This document shows, piece by piece, positions 9,245 through 18,203 of a stretch of 64,000 nt of DNA. The notes under the pieces are model-generated. The model searched no databases. It saw only the letters and a list, made by a program, of their open reading frames with translations, and was not told the origin of the DNA. Positions within the stretch are counted from its first letter, which is position 1. Every line of letters begins with the position of its first letter. This DNA comes from Armatimonadota bacterium (GTDB lineage Bacteria > Armatimonadota > SYMT01): positions 1,280,001 through 1,344,000 of the forward strand of contig JAWLHY010000001.1 in the NCBI GenBank assembly GCA_041690135.1, written 5' to 3'. Position numbers and translations under genes: made by a program.

Positions 9245-10066
9245 ATGAATCGACGAAACCTCACGCAAGCGCTGATCGCCGCCGGTGCGTTGTGGCTTTC
9301 GTGCTGCAGTCACGGCCCGAAGGAGGAACGAATGGCGGTTGGAGACAAACCCGCGCCCAGACCGGTTCCGGAGGCCGAAGTGAACGGATGCGTCCTTGAC
9401 CCGGCCCGTTTGGGTCCGCTGAAAGACTGCATGCAAAGCTGTGGCCCCGATGAACCGCGAGACGAATGGAACCATAGCTGCCTCCATCCCCGTACGGTCG
9501 CCTACTCCTGCGGCCGGGTCGTCGTTCCCGGCGCCCCCAACCCGCACGACCACCCCGAGGGGGAGCAGGAACTGTGCCGGCGCCTCGCGGAGGCCGCGGC
9601 TCCACTGACCGACGGTTTCTGGGCGCTCGGATCGGAGTCGACGACTCCCTTTGTGCCGTTCTTCCTCACCGCCAACTCCAGAGAGATGGCCCAGGAGGCA
9701 CCGACTGCTGAAGATATCCGGCGACTGTTCGGCGGGAGCATCTACCCCGCGGCCAAGATTACCCTGGAGCCACTGGCGGAGGAGGGAAGTTGGTGGCAAT
9801 TCGTGCTCGATATGAAAGCCGGCGGCCCCCCGGGCTCCTACCAGCCCGGCAAGGATCCCACGGTCGACGCCGATATCGACCGGTGGCGGAACATGGTCCG
9901 ATGGTTCCGCTCCCGCCAGGAGTTTCGCGGCGCCTACTACATTGAGATCGGCGGTTATCCCCTGGACGAGGAGCTCAATCAGGCCAGCCTCTTCCCCTGC
10001 CTCATCGTCGGGGTCACGGAGCGGGGCAGTCTCGCCGGCGTCTGTTCCTACGCAGTTCAGACTTGA
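9245..10066 (+). CDS. Nuclease A inhibitor (NuiA)-like protein with N-terminal signal/lipobox
   Basis: DGFWALGSESTTPF and C-terminal IVGVTERGSLAGVCSYAVQT resemble NuiA (SESEYPF; IGETPAGNLAGISTKVVET, recalled from memory); N-terminus MNRRNLTQALIAAGALWLSC. Confidence 0.6.
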   Translation: MNRRNLTQALIAAGALWLSCCSHGPKEERMAVGDKPAPRPVPEAEVNGCVLDPARLGPLKDCMQSCGPDEPRDEWNHSCLHPRTVAYSCGRVVVPGAPNPHDHPEGEQELCRRLAEAAAPLTDGFWALGSESTTPFVPFFLTANSREMAQEAPTAEDIRRLFGGSIYPAAKITLEPLAEEGSWWQFVLDMKAGGPPGSYQPGKDPTVDADIDRWRNMVRWFRSRQEFRGAYYIEIGGYPLDEELNQASLFPCLIVGVTERGSLAGVCSYAVQT

Positions 10067-10153
10067 GAAGTCGGGCGAGCCGGGAGTGAGTCGTGATGAC
10101 TGCGAAGCGCCCCGCCAGTCCAAAGGAAAGCCGGTGTAAACCTCGACCTGCCG

Positions 10154-10265
10154 TTGCGAGAGATCCCGCGTTCGCTGCTTGTGCTGACCGCATTCAGGGA
10201 CCTCCACGGTGTCGTACGGCTGCTTCTCCAGACGGGAGCGGACGAGAACTCGCAGCACGGTGATG
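10154..10265 (+). pseudogene. Single ankyrin-repeat remnant
   Basis: SLLVLTAFRDLHGVVRLLLQTGADENSQHGDG; no credible start or continuation. Confidence 0.4.
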
Positions 10266-10350
10266 GTGTGAGTTCTCGAATGCTGCCGTGTGAGGGCATG
10301 CCGAAGTTATGCGTGACTTGCATCGGGGGGAACCGGAGCCATCTTGCGTA

Positions 10351-10920
10351 TCATGCGCCGAAGTGTGGGCGATTGAGGTACGGTCGTGAAACCTCGCAAA
10401 TCGCACCATCTCCGCAATAAACAATATCGAACTGGACGTAGAGACCATCACGGTGACACGCCACCACTCGGCCCGGATTATGGGGTCCTCCGCGGATGTC
10501 GAATCGGTCCCAGACTGTCTGGATCGAAGTCTCCTGCCGAATGGAAGCACAGTCTTCGATGAGTGACAGAAGCCAATTCTGATGGTTGGTTTGGGGATCG
10601 CAGCCCACGCCGAACAGGGTTAGCGTAGGCCGGCCCAACCGCCACACCCTGTCCCGTCCATCTGGGACGTTAAGCAATCGGTCGTGTCCGTCATAGCGGG
10701 GGCCGTCGAATGGCACCAGTTCCACGGCCAACTCCACGAGGTCGCATTCGCGATGAACGTAGCGGCCGTGGCGGAAGGCGTCGCCGCTCTGGAAGAACCG
10801 CTGCTCCAATTGACCCCGCGACATGCCTTCGGAGAGCGCTGCCCAGTCCTCAAAAATGCCCGCAAGCCACTGCTTTTCATCTCGGAACGGATCGTCCGCG
10901 GCGAGCCCGTGCCAACTCAT
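10351..10920 (-). CDS. Hypothetical protein with two tandem copies of a ~85-aa domain
   Basis: W(L/I)..(I/L).ED.A.(L/I)...F...G...R...(L/V).RP.L pattern occurs twice; ATG 10920 with GAAGGAAG SD. Confidence 0.6.
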   Translation of the reverse strand: MSWHGLAADDPFRDEKQWLAGIFEDWAALSEGMSRGQLEQRFFQSGDAFRHGRYVHRECDLVELAVELVPFDGPRYDGHDRLLNVPDGRDRVWRLGRPTLTLFGVGCDPQTNHQNWLLSLIEDCASIRQETSIQTVWDRFDIRGGPHNPGRVVACHRDGLYVQFDIVYCGDGAICEVSRPYLNRPHFGA

Positions 10921-11063
10921 GGGTTCTTCCTTCACAGCTCCGTTACACACGGAAAATGAAAGGCAGCGGCTCTCTCTTGGAGGGAACCGCTGCCTTAACC
11001 TTCACCTAGGGTCACTGGTATCGGCTTACGCCGCCGCCAGTTCCCCCGTTCTGCCGAAATTGC

Positions 11064-11774
11064 TTAACGACGCTGGAGGGCCATCAACAACCGCAGCACG
11101 TACCAGAACAGCAGGGCCACCGCGGCGAACAGTTCCAGGGCCGCCGCCACGTACTGGTCGGTCTCGTACTCATGGAGGACCTTGGAGGTGCTGTAGAGGA
11201 TCGTGCCGCAAGCGAACAGGATCATCGCGGCGCTGAACCAGATGCCCAGGTTGAAGCCGAAGATGGCGCCGCAGATGATCGCTCCCAGCGCCACGATGCC
11301 GCCGACCATCAGCGCTGTACGCAGGAAGGAGAAGTCCTTCTTGGTCATCAGCGTGTAGAACGACAGCCCGCCGAAGGTCAGAATAGTGATACCGGCGGCC
11401 GAAGGCAGTGCTCCGGGAGCCATCACCGCGGCGAGGAAGATCATCGGGGAGAAGATGATCGCCTCGGCCAGAGTGTAGACCGCGAGCCCGCCGTACTGCA
11501 TGGGAAGGCTGCGCGCGGACTGCGCCATCGAGGAGCCCATCCAGCCGGCCAGGGCGAATCCGCCCAGGATCAGCAGCCAGCCGAAGCGGTTGCCGGCGAC
11601 CAGGCTCAGGATCAGGGCGCCGAGACCCACCTGGTAGAACAGGAACGAAAGGGCGACGAAGCCGATGACCGCACCCGTCAGGTGCAGGTAGGTTTTGCGG
11701 ATGAACGCCAGGCGCTCATCCAGGGGAGCGGATATGACCCCGGAATACCCGGGGAACCGATCGGTCATGCTCAT
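11064..11774 (-). CDS. Bax inhibitor-1/YccA family membrane protein
   Basis: ERLAFIRKTYLHL, TKKDFSFL, YVAAALELFAAVALLFWYVLRLL; 7 TM. Confidence 0.9.
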   Translation of the reverse strand: MSMTDRFPGYSGVISAPLDERLAFIRKTYLHLTGAVIGFVALSFLFYQVGLGALILSLVAGNRFGWLLILGGFALAGWMGSSMAQSARSLPMQYGGLAVYTLAEAIIFSPMIFLAAVMAPGALPSAAGITILTFGGLSFYTLMTKKDFSFLRTALMVGGIVALGAIICGAIFGFNLGIWFSAAMILFACGTILYSTSKVLHEYETDQYVAAALELFAAVALLFWYVLRLLMALQRR

Positions 11775-12187
11775 GGAAGCAGTTCTCCTGATGCCGGCAG
11801 AATTGGATCCGGCACTGGCACCAATTCGAATCTAACAAACTCTTGGGAATCCGCCAACCAGACCACCCTCTTGTGCCCTTCCAACGCAACACCTTGCGAC
11901 CGCCGTCCGGCACTCAATGGGATGGCGGCAGGTACCTGTAGAGGAGCGGTCGGCCCTGCACATCGTGCAGGAAGCCAGCTCTGAAGGATAGTTCACCCTC
12001 TGCGGGCCGGAATCCTTCGCCACTGGAGGAAAGGGTTGGAAGTTGGGGATACCGGCAACCGGAAGGGTTTCGTCGCCGCATCGGGCGGGTACTCCCGCTG
12101 TGCGATGCCCGTGTGAAGCTGCACGGCTTCCGGATGCCGCGCGCGACGATGTCGCCGCACGCACAGTACCTCAAAGGAGAAAAGACG

Positions 12188-12379
12188 ATGGCCGATCAAA
12201 CGAGCAACCGGAAAGACCACAAAGAGTCGATCGAAGAGGCGCAGCGCTCCACCTTGCAGCCGGAGTCCGGCAAAAAGGGCGGCGAGATCCCCAGCCAGGG
12301 TCACGGTCCGGCGACCCAGAAGAACCCAGAACACCGTGGGCACGGCGGGAAGGACAAGGACAAGCAGAAGTCGGACTGA
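12188..12379 (+). CDS. Small hydrophilic protein (63 aa), KGG-like stress motif
   Basis: Strong SD AAAGGAG before ATG 12188; highly charged; ESGKKGGE motif. Confidence 0.6.
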   Translation: MADQTSNRKDHKESIEEAQRSTLQPESGKKGGEIPSQGHGPATQKNPEHRGHGGKDKDKQKSD

Positions 12380-12389
12380 GAGGGCATCT

Positions 12390-12773
12390 GTGGGTGTGTC
12401 ACTGTTCGATCGGCAGACGGACGAAATCGTCTTCGACATCAACTTTTGGCATTGGCGCGCCATCGTCGAGGCAGTTCGGTCCCTCGAAGTTCTGCCGGAT
12501 GAGCGAGTGGATGCCCTTCACGAACTGTGGCAAGACACAGGCCTGACGGCGGAAGAGGCGCGCCGGGTCGCATTTGCGATCCGGGAGCGCCTCCTGCCGA
12601 CCTTGCATCCGGAAGAACGCCTGCTGCTCGACGGTACACGGACCACTGCACCGGACGACGGCATCTTTTACACGGTGCCCGCCGAGCGGCATCGCAACTA
12701 CAGCACCACTCCGGACGTCCTCGAACGGTTCGCCATGTGCTGTGAGACCTGCGGTGGTTTCCGCGTCTGTTGA
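12390..12773 (+). CDS. Hypothetical protein
   Basis: GTG 11 nt after the previous stop; protein-like composition (INFWHWRAIVE...NYST...CETCGGFRVC). Confidence 0.65.
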   Translation: MGVSLFDRQTDEIVFDINFWHWRAIVEAVRSLEVLPDERVDALHELWQDTGLTAEEARRVAFAIRERLLPTLHPEERLLLDGTRTTAPDDGIFYTVPAERHRNYSTTPDVLERFAMCCETCGGFRVC

Positions 12774-12796
12774 GCGGTCCTTTCCCTGCAAGTCCC

Positions 12797-15289
12797 TCAC
12801 ATGGCGCGGACCCGCCGCGGTGACGGATTGACCCGCCAGCGGACGTGGCTCAAGAGCTCCGCGGCGCCCCAGGTCGCCAGCACGGATACCGCCACTGCAA
12901 TCGTCCCCGTGAGCCCCATGGGCGTGAGCCCCAACATCTGCCGGAGTGGGGGAAGCAGCACGGTAAGCACCTGCAACCCGATGCTCAGGATGATGATTCC
13001 ATTCAGCACCCCATTCCGTTCGGGCGGGACGTTGACCCGGCGCGCCGGGTAGACGAACACGAGTTGCGCGATCGACTCGTAGAGGAAGACTACGGTGATC
13101 GTTGTTGCGATGCTCAACCCGAACTGTGGCATCAGGGCGAGGAGCGCCAGGCCGACTGCCGCTTTCACGACGCCGGTGGACACCACGAACCGCAGGGAAG
13201 GCGTGTCGAGGAGCGGGGCCGCGGGATCGCGGGGCGGCTGGCGCATCACTTCGCGGTTATGGTCCAGGGCCAGCGCGAGGGCCGGCGGTCCGTCCGCCAC
13301 GATGTTGATCCAGAGGAGCTGCACCGCGGTCAGCGGCAACAGCAGCGCCCCGGCATCATCGCGCGCATTCAACAGCACCGCCGTGAAGGCGGCGATCATC
13401 ACCAGCAGAACCAGCGCCAGGTTGGTCGAGAAGAGGAACCGGATGAATTTCTGGATGTTCTCATAGATGCTTCGCCCTTCTTCCACCGCGGTGACGATTG
13501 TCGCGAAGTTATCGTCCTGAAGCACCAGGTCGGCCACTTCTCGGGTCACGTCACTGCCGCGTTGCCCCATCGCCACCCCGACATCCGAGCGCTTCAGGGC
13601 GGGGGCATCGTTCACCCCGTCGCCGGTCATCGCGACGATCTCCCCATCCGCCTGGAGCGCCTCCACCAGCCGCAGCTTGTCTTCCGGCGCGACGCGGGCG
13701 AAGACGTTGATCTCCCGGGCAACCTGCCGGAGCGCCTCCGGGGTGAGCGACTGGAGTTCGTGGCCGGTGATGGCCCGAGCTGACTGGATACCGATCTCGC
13801 GCGCCACCACCAGGGCGGTTGCCGGGTGGTCGCCCGTGATCATCAGCACGCGGATCCCGGCTTCCTGCGCCCGGCGGATCGCATCCGGTACCTCGGGGCG
13901 CGGCGGGTCCCACAGGGAAACCAGCCCGGCAAACTCCAGGTCCTGTTCCCCCTCCCCTTCTCGCCAGGCCAGCGCCAACATGCGGTAGCCCTCGCCGGCG
14001 TGCTCGGCCACCTTCCGCTCCCAGTCCTTCCGTTCGGCCGGCGTGAGGCGGCACCGGTTCAGGATGACCTCCGGCGCGCCTTTCACGTAACTCACCGGGC
14101 GGCCAGCTTCCTCCACCGTGACGCGCATGAATTTCCGGGCGCTATCGAACGGAACACTCGAGCGGCGGGGATACTCCTGTTGAAGGGTAAGCGGATCGGT
14201 CCCTTGCTCGCGGCTGTATTCCAAAAGCGACACCTCCAGCGGATCGCCTACCCCCGTACCCACTTCGGCGTCATTCGCCAGGACCATGGCGCGCAGGGCG
14301 CGTTCCGGATCGGGAGTGTCCAGGTCCCGCACTTGCATGCGGTTCTCGGTCAGGGTTCCCGTCTTGTCGGTGGCAATCACCGTCACCGATCCGAGGGCCT
14401 CTACGGCGACCATCCGCCGGACCAAGGCCTGGCGGCGCGACATGCGCTCGATCCCGAGCGCCAGCGTCAGGGTCAACACGGCCGGCAGGCCTTCCGGCAC
14501 GGCCGCGACGGCCAGAGCGACGGCGAAGAAGAGAACTCGATTGAACTGGTCCAGGCCTTCGAACAGCAGTCCGAGCGCCACCAGCACCACGGCCAGCGCC
14601 AGCACCCAGCGAGCGATCTGGTGACCGAAGGTCGTCAGGCGGCGCTCCAACGGTGTCTCGCCCGCCTCGATGCCGCCCAGCATCTGCGCCATGCGCCCCA
14701 GGGTGCTCTCCAGGCCGGTGCGCCGGATCTCGGCGATGCCCTTACCCCGCACCAGCAGGGTGCCGCTCAGAACTTCCTCGCCGGCCGGTTTCTCGACCGG
14801 CAGCGACTCTCCGGTAACCACGGCCTCATCCACCAGAACGCCGTCAGCTTCGTGAAGGAGCCCGTCTGCGGGGATGCGGTCGCCGGCCTCCAGCCGCACC
14901 AAGTCCCCCGGCACGAGTTCGCTGCTTGGAATGCGTGCCAGCGTGCCGTCGCGGTAGGTCCACACCTGCGGCGCGGAGAGATCCTGCAAACGGCTGAGAG
15001 CCGCCTCGGCCCGATACTCCTGGAATACTCCGAGCCCCGCGTTCAACAGAAGGATGAAGGCGATGGCAATCGACTCCACCGGTAACCCGTGAGCGCCTTC
15101 CTGGATCCAGGCGAACAGGTCGAACGCGAGGGCAAACAACAGGATATAGATGAGCGGGCTCTGGAACTGGCGCAGAAACCGCCGCCACATCGGTTCCGAC
15201 TGCTCCTCGGGAAGCGCGTTCGGTCCGTATCGCTCGCGCCTCGCCCGGGCTTCCTCGCTGCTCAACCCCTGCCGCATGATCCTCTCCAC
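12797..15289 (-). CDS. Cation-transporting P-type ATPase (P2, Ca2+-like)
   Basis: TGES, VPEGLP, DKTGTLT, KGAPE, DPPR, MITGD, TGDGVNDAPALK motifs. Confidence 0.95.
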   Translation of the reverse strand: MERIMRQGLSSEEARARRERYGPNALPEEQSEPMWRRFLRQFQSPLIYILLFALAFDLFAWIQEGAHGLPVESIAIAFILLLNAGLGVFQEYRAEAALSRLQDLSAPQVWTYRDGTLARIPSSELVPGDLVRLEAGDRIPADGLLHEADGVLVDEAVVTGESLPVEKPAGEEVLSGTLLVRGKGIAEIRRTGLESTLGRMAQMLGGIEAGETPLERRLTTFGHQIARWVLALAVVLVALGLLFEGLDQFNRVLFFAVALAVAAVPEGLPAVLTLTLALGIERMSRRQALVRRMVAVEALGSVTVIATDKTGTLTENRMQVRDLDTPDPERALRAMVLANDAEVGTGVGDPLEVSLLEYSREQGTDPLTLQQEYPRRSSVPFDSARKFMRVTVEEAGRPVSYVKGAPEVILNRCRLTPAERKDWERKVAEHAGEGYRMLALAWREGEGEQDLEFAGLVSLWDPPRPEVPDAIRRAQEAGIRVLMITGDHPATALVVAREIGIQSARAITGHELQSLTPEALRQVAREINVFARVAPEDKLRLVEALQADGEIVAMTGDGVNDAPALKRSDVGVAMGQRGSDVTREVADLVLQDDNFATIVTAVEEGRSIYENIQKFIRFLFSTNLALVLLVMIAAFTAVLLNARDDAGALLLPLTAVQLLWINIVADGPPALALALDHNREVMRQPPRDPAAPLLDTPSLRFVVSTGVVKAAVGLALLALMPQFGLSIATTITVVFLYESIAQLVFVYPARRVNVPPERNGVLNGIIILSIGLQVLTVLLPPLRQMLGLTPMGLTGTIAVAVSVLATWGAAELLSHVRWRVNPSPRRVRAM

Positions 15290-15637
15290 CCTTCCGGTCC
15301 ATCCCTCTCGGTGGTGACCCTCGCCGCCGGCGAGGCGGTACCCCGCAGTCTTTACCCACTCCCACCAGCGTGAAGCACTGAGAATGGGTCATGCGGAATG
15401 CCTGACCGACTACGGCCTCCAGCCACTAACAGAATGCCCGGTCTGTGCACCGGTGACGCGTCGCCATTGGCAGCGATGCAAATCGGATCTTGTGATCGGC
15501 TACAAAGCGGGGTTTGGGATGCCTTCCGAGGCAGATTTGGCGGATCTGGGTAAACGCCATACAGGAGCACTGGTGGGCGGCCGCCCTCTTCCTACACTGG
15601 GCGGTCCGGAAGTCCCCCGGTACCGGCGATTCAAGAT

Positions 15638-17302
15638 ATGACAGGATCCGTTTTCCATGACCTGGCGCTGCTGCTGTTATTGGCGGTCGGGGTGGGCGCC
15701 GCGGGCGTTCTCCTCCGACAACCGCTGATCATCTCCTTCATCGTGGTGGGGATCGCCGTCGGCCCCGCGGGGCTGGGCTGGACCAGCGCACAGCAAGAGA
15801 TCGAGCTCCTCGCCACCTTTGGGATCGCCCTGCTGCTCTTCGTGGTCGGCCTCAAGCTGGACCTGCACCTGATCCGCACCACGGGTCCTGTCGCCCTGGC
15901 CACCGGATTAGGACAGGTCGCGTTCACCAGCATCCTCGGCTATTTCCTGGCGCGGGCACTGAGCATGGCGCCCATCACCGCGCTTTACGTCGCTGTGGCC
16001 CTCACCTTCTCCAGTACGATCATCATCGTGAAGCTCCTCTCGGACAAGCGCGAGATCGACTCGCTCCACGGCCGTATCGCGATGGGGTTTCTCATCGTGC
16101 AGGACGTTCTGGTGGTGCTGGTGATGATCCTGCTCTCGGCCGTCGGCGCCGGAAGCGAAGCTACAAGCACGGGACGCGCCATTCTGCTGATGGCGGTGAA
16201 GGGTGGCGTATTCCTGGCAGCTATCGCCTTGCTGATGCGGTTTGTGCTTCCGCGACTGTTGCACCGGCTGGCTTATTCGCAGGAGTTGCTCATTCTGTCG
16301 GCCGTCGCCTGGGCTATAGCTCTGGCGGCGGCTGGGGATTTGCTCGGCTTCAGCAAGGAAGTCGGCGCCTTTCTCGCGGGGGTGTCCCTCGCTTCGACCG
16401 GTTACCGGGAGATCATCGGGGCCCGGCTCCAGGGTCTGCGGGACTTTCTGCTCCTCTTCTTTTTTGTCCACCTGGGGGCGCAGATGGAGTTGCGCCACCT
16501 GGGCGCGCAGTGGGTCCCCGCTCTCGTCCTCTCCGCTTTCGTGCTGATCGGCAACCCACTGATCGTGCTGGCGATCATGGGGTACATGGGCTACCGCCGG
16601 CGCACGAGCTTCCTGGCGGGCCTAACGGTGGCCCAGATCAGCGAGTTCTCCTTGATCCTGGTAGCCCTCGGGATGAACCTGGGCCATGTGGGGATGGAGA
16701 CCACGGGGCTGGTGACGGTGGTGGGTCTGATCACCATCGGCTTGTCTACCTACATGATCCTCTACTCGCATCTCCTCTACGACTGGCTAGCCCCGTGGCT
16801 GCGAGTCTTCGAGCGGCATGTTCCCCATCGGGAAGAGGACGCGGGAGCGGTGGCGGTGGAGGAGCCGGTGGAGGTGATTCTCTTCGGATTGGGCCGGTAC
16901 GGATGCCGGATCGGAATGGGACTGGTGCGCAACGGACTGAAAGTCCTGGGTGTCGACTTCGATCCGGAGGCGGTGCGCAATTGGCAGGAACTCGAACTCC
17001 TGGCGCAGTATGGGGACGCGGAAGACCCGGAGTTTGCGGCCCATCTACCGCTGGCTCATGCCCGGATGGTGGTGTGTGCCGCGCCGCGCCTGGATACGAA
17101 CCTCACGCTGCTCCGGGGTCTGCAGCATCATGGCTACCGGGGACTGGTAGTGCTCACCGCCCATACCTCCGCGGATGCGGAAGTGCTGAAGGGAGCCGGT
17201 GCCGACCTGGTGCTCCTTCCGTTCGCGGACGCGGCGGATCAGGCGGTGGATATCCTGGCCGCCCCCGCGGACCTCGCCCGCCAGTGGCAACGCGCGGCGT
17301 GA
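15638..17302 (+). CDS. CPA2 cation:proton antiporter (KefB/KefC-like) with TrkA-N/RCK domain
   Basis: FSSTIIIVKLL, LIVQD, QISEFSLIL; C-terminal GLGRYG...YGDAEDP. Confidence 0.92.
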   Translation: MTGSVFHDLALLLLLAVGVGAAGVLLRQPLIISFIVVGIAVGPAGLGWTSAQQEIELLATFGIALLLFVVGLKLDLHLIRTTGPVALATGLGQVAFTSILGYFLARALSMAPITALYVAVALTFSSTIIIVKLLSDKREIDSLHGRIAMGFLIVQDVLVVLVMILLSAVGAGSEATSTGRAILLMAVKGGVFLAAIALLMRFVLPRLLHRLAYSQELLILSAVAWAIALAAAGDLLGFSKEVGAFLAGVSLASTGYREIIGARLQGLRDFLLLFFFVHLGAQMELRHLGAQWVPALVLSAFVLIGNPLIVLAIMGYMGYRRRTSFLAGLTVAQISEFSLILVALGMNLGHVGMETTGLVTVVGLITIGLSTYMILYSHLLYDWLAPWLRVFERHVPHREEDAGAVAVEEPVEVILFGLGRYGCRIGMGLVRNGLKVLGVDFDPEAVRNWQELELLAQYGDAEDPEFAAHLPLAHARMVVCAAPRLDTNLTLLRGLQHHGYRGLVVLTAHTSADAEVLKGAGADLVLLPFADAADQAVDILAAPADLARQWQRAA

Positions 17303-17331
17303 TTATAGAGACAGTGGGTGCCGCAATCGGG

Positions 17332-17703
17332 TCAGCGGCACTCCACGCACAGTCCCGTTAACTCGGTGTGGTAACCGGTCACCTGGAAGCCGCTTGTTTC
17401 CACCGCCGCCTGCACCACCTCCTGCGGCAGCGACACCAGTACGTCCACCAGTTTTCCGCACCGGTGGCACACTGCATGGTCGTGCCGGTCGGTGCGCCGA
17501 TCGTACTGCGTGACTTCCCCGACTCGGATCTCCTGCAGGTGACCGTCCTCCGCCAGGGCGCTGAGGTTGCGGTAGACCGTCGCATACCCGATCCCAGGAA
17601 GCACCTGGCGTACGCGCTCATAGACCTGCGCCGCCGTCGGGTGATCGCCGGATCGTTCCACGATCTCGAGGATCGCCTGACGCTGTTTCGTCTGTCGCAT
17701 CAT
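17332..17703 (-). CDS. Fur family transcriptional regulator (PerR-like)
   Basis: TKQRQAIL, DHPTA, ATVYRNL, HDHAVCHRCG, CVEC. Confidence 0.93.
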   Translation of the reverse strand: MMRQTKQRQAILEIVERSGDHPTAAQVYERVRQVLPGIGYATVYRNLSALAEDGHLQEIRVGEVTQYDRRTDRHDHAVCHRCGKLVDVLVSLPQEVVQAAVETSGFQVTGYHTELTGLCVECR

Positions 17704-17911
17704 CGGACAGACTCTAGGAAATAGACTTGCATCATCCTGGAGAGCGTTCTACCCAACTGGAGTGGTATGCCGCGCACGTTCCCGGCGGCCCGCTTCTTGG
17801 GGGTCCCATTCACCAGAACATTATACGCTTTCTGGGCTCCGATCTTTTTGCCGCTAAATGTGAAGTCGGTGCTGGTAGTCCATGAGCAGTGGGCGCCCGT
17901 CTTCTGCAGGG

Positions 17912-18070
17912 TGGTTCCGGCACAGGGCGGCTGGTCCCATGATGTCACTACGGAGTCCCAACGCTATCGTGGGGACCTTCCACACATCATGGGAGTTCTC
18001 CGGTACTTGGCGGTCGAGCCCGCATCACAGCATGGGTGACCGCCGGAGTTGCCGTCCCTTTCTGTTCCGT
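17912..18070 (-). ncRNA. Candidate structured RNA (three-way junction), unassigned
   Basis: On the minus strand: AGGGACGGC/GCCGCCCT closing stem, GGCGGTC/GACCGCC arm, perfect 11-bp TCCCATGATGT/ACATCATGGGA arm with inner GTCCC/GGGAC hairpin. G-U pairs favour the minus strand. Confidence 0.35.
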
Positions 18071-18203
18071 CTCCACCCTTGGCTCCCTCAGGGTCTTCTA
18101 TGCTCCGGGAGACTTTCATCGACTTTTTCTATTCGACACACGTATCTGGTGGATCTAGACTTAGCATGGCCCCCGCGCAAACAGACGCCCGGGGTGGAAA
18201 CGG

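Noticed and set aside
11780-12180. Cobalamin or other riboswitch in the BI-1 upstream spacer
   Set aside because: Only isolated hairpins and GCCACTG; core consensus elements absent
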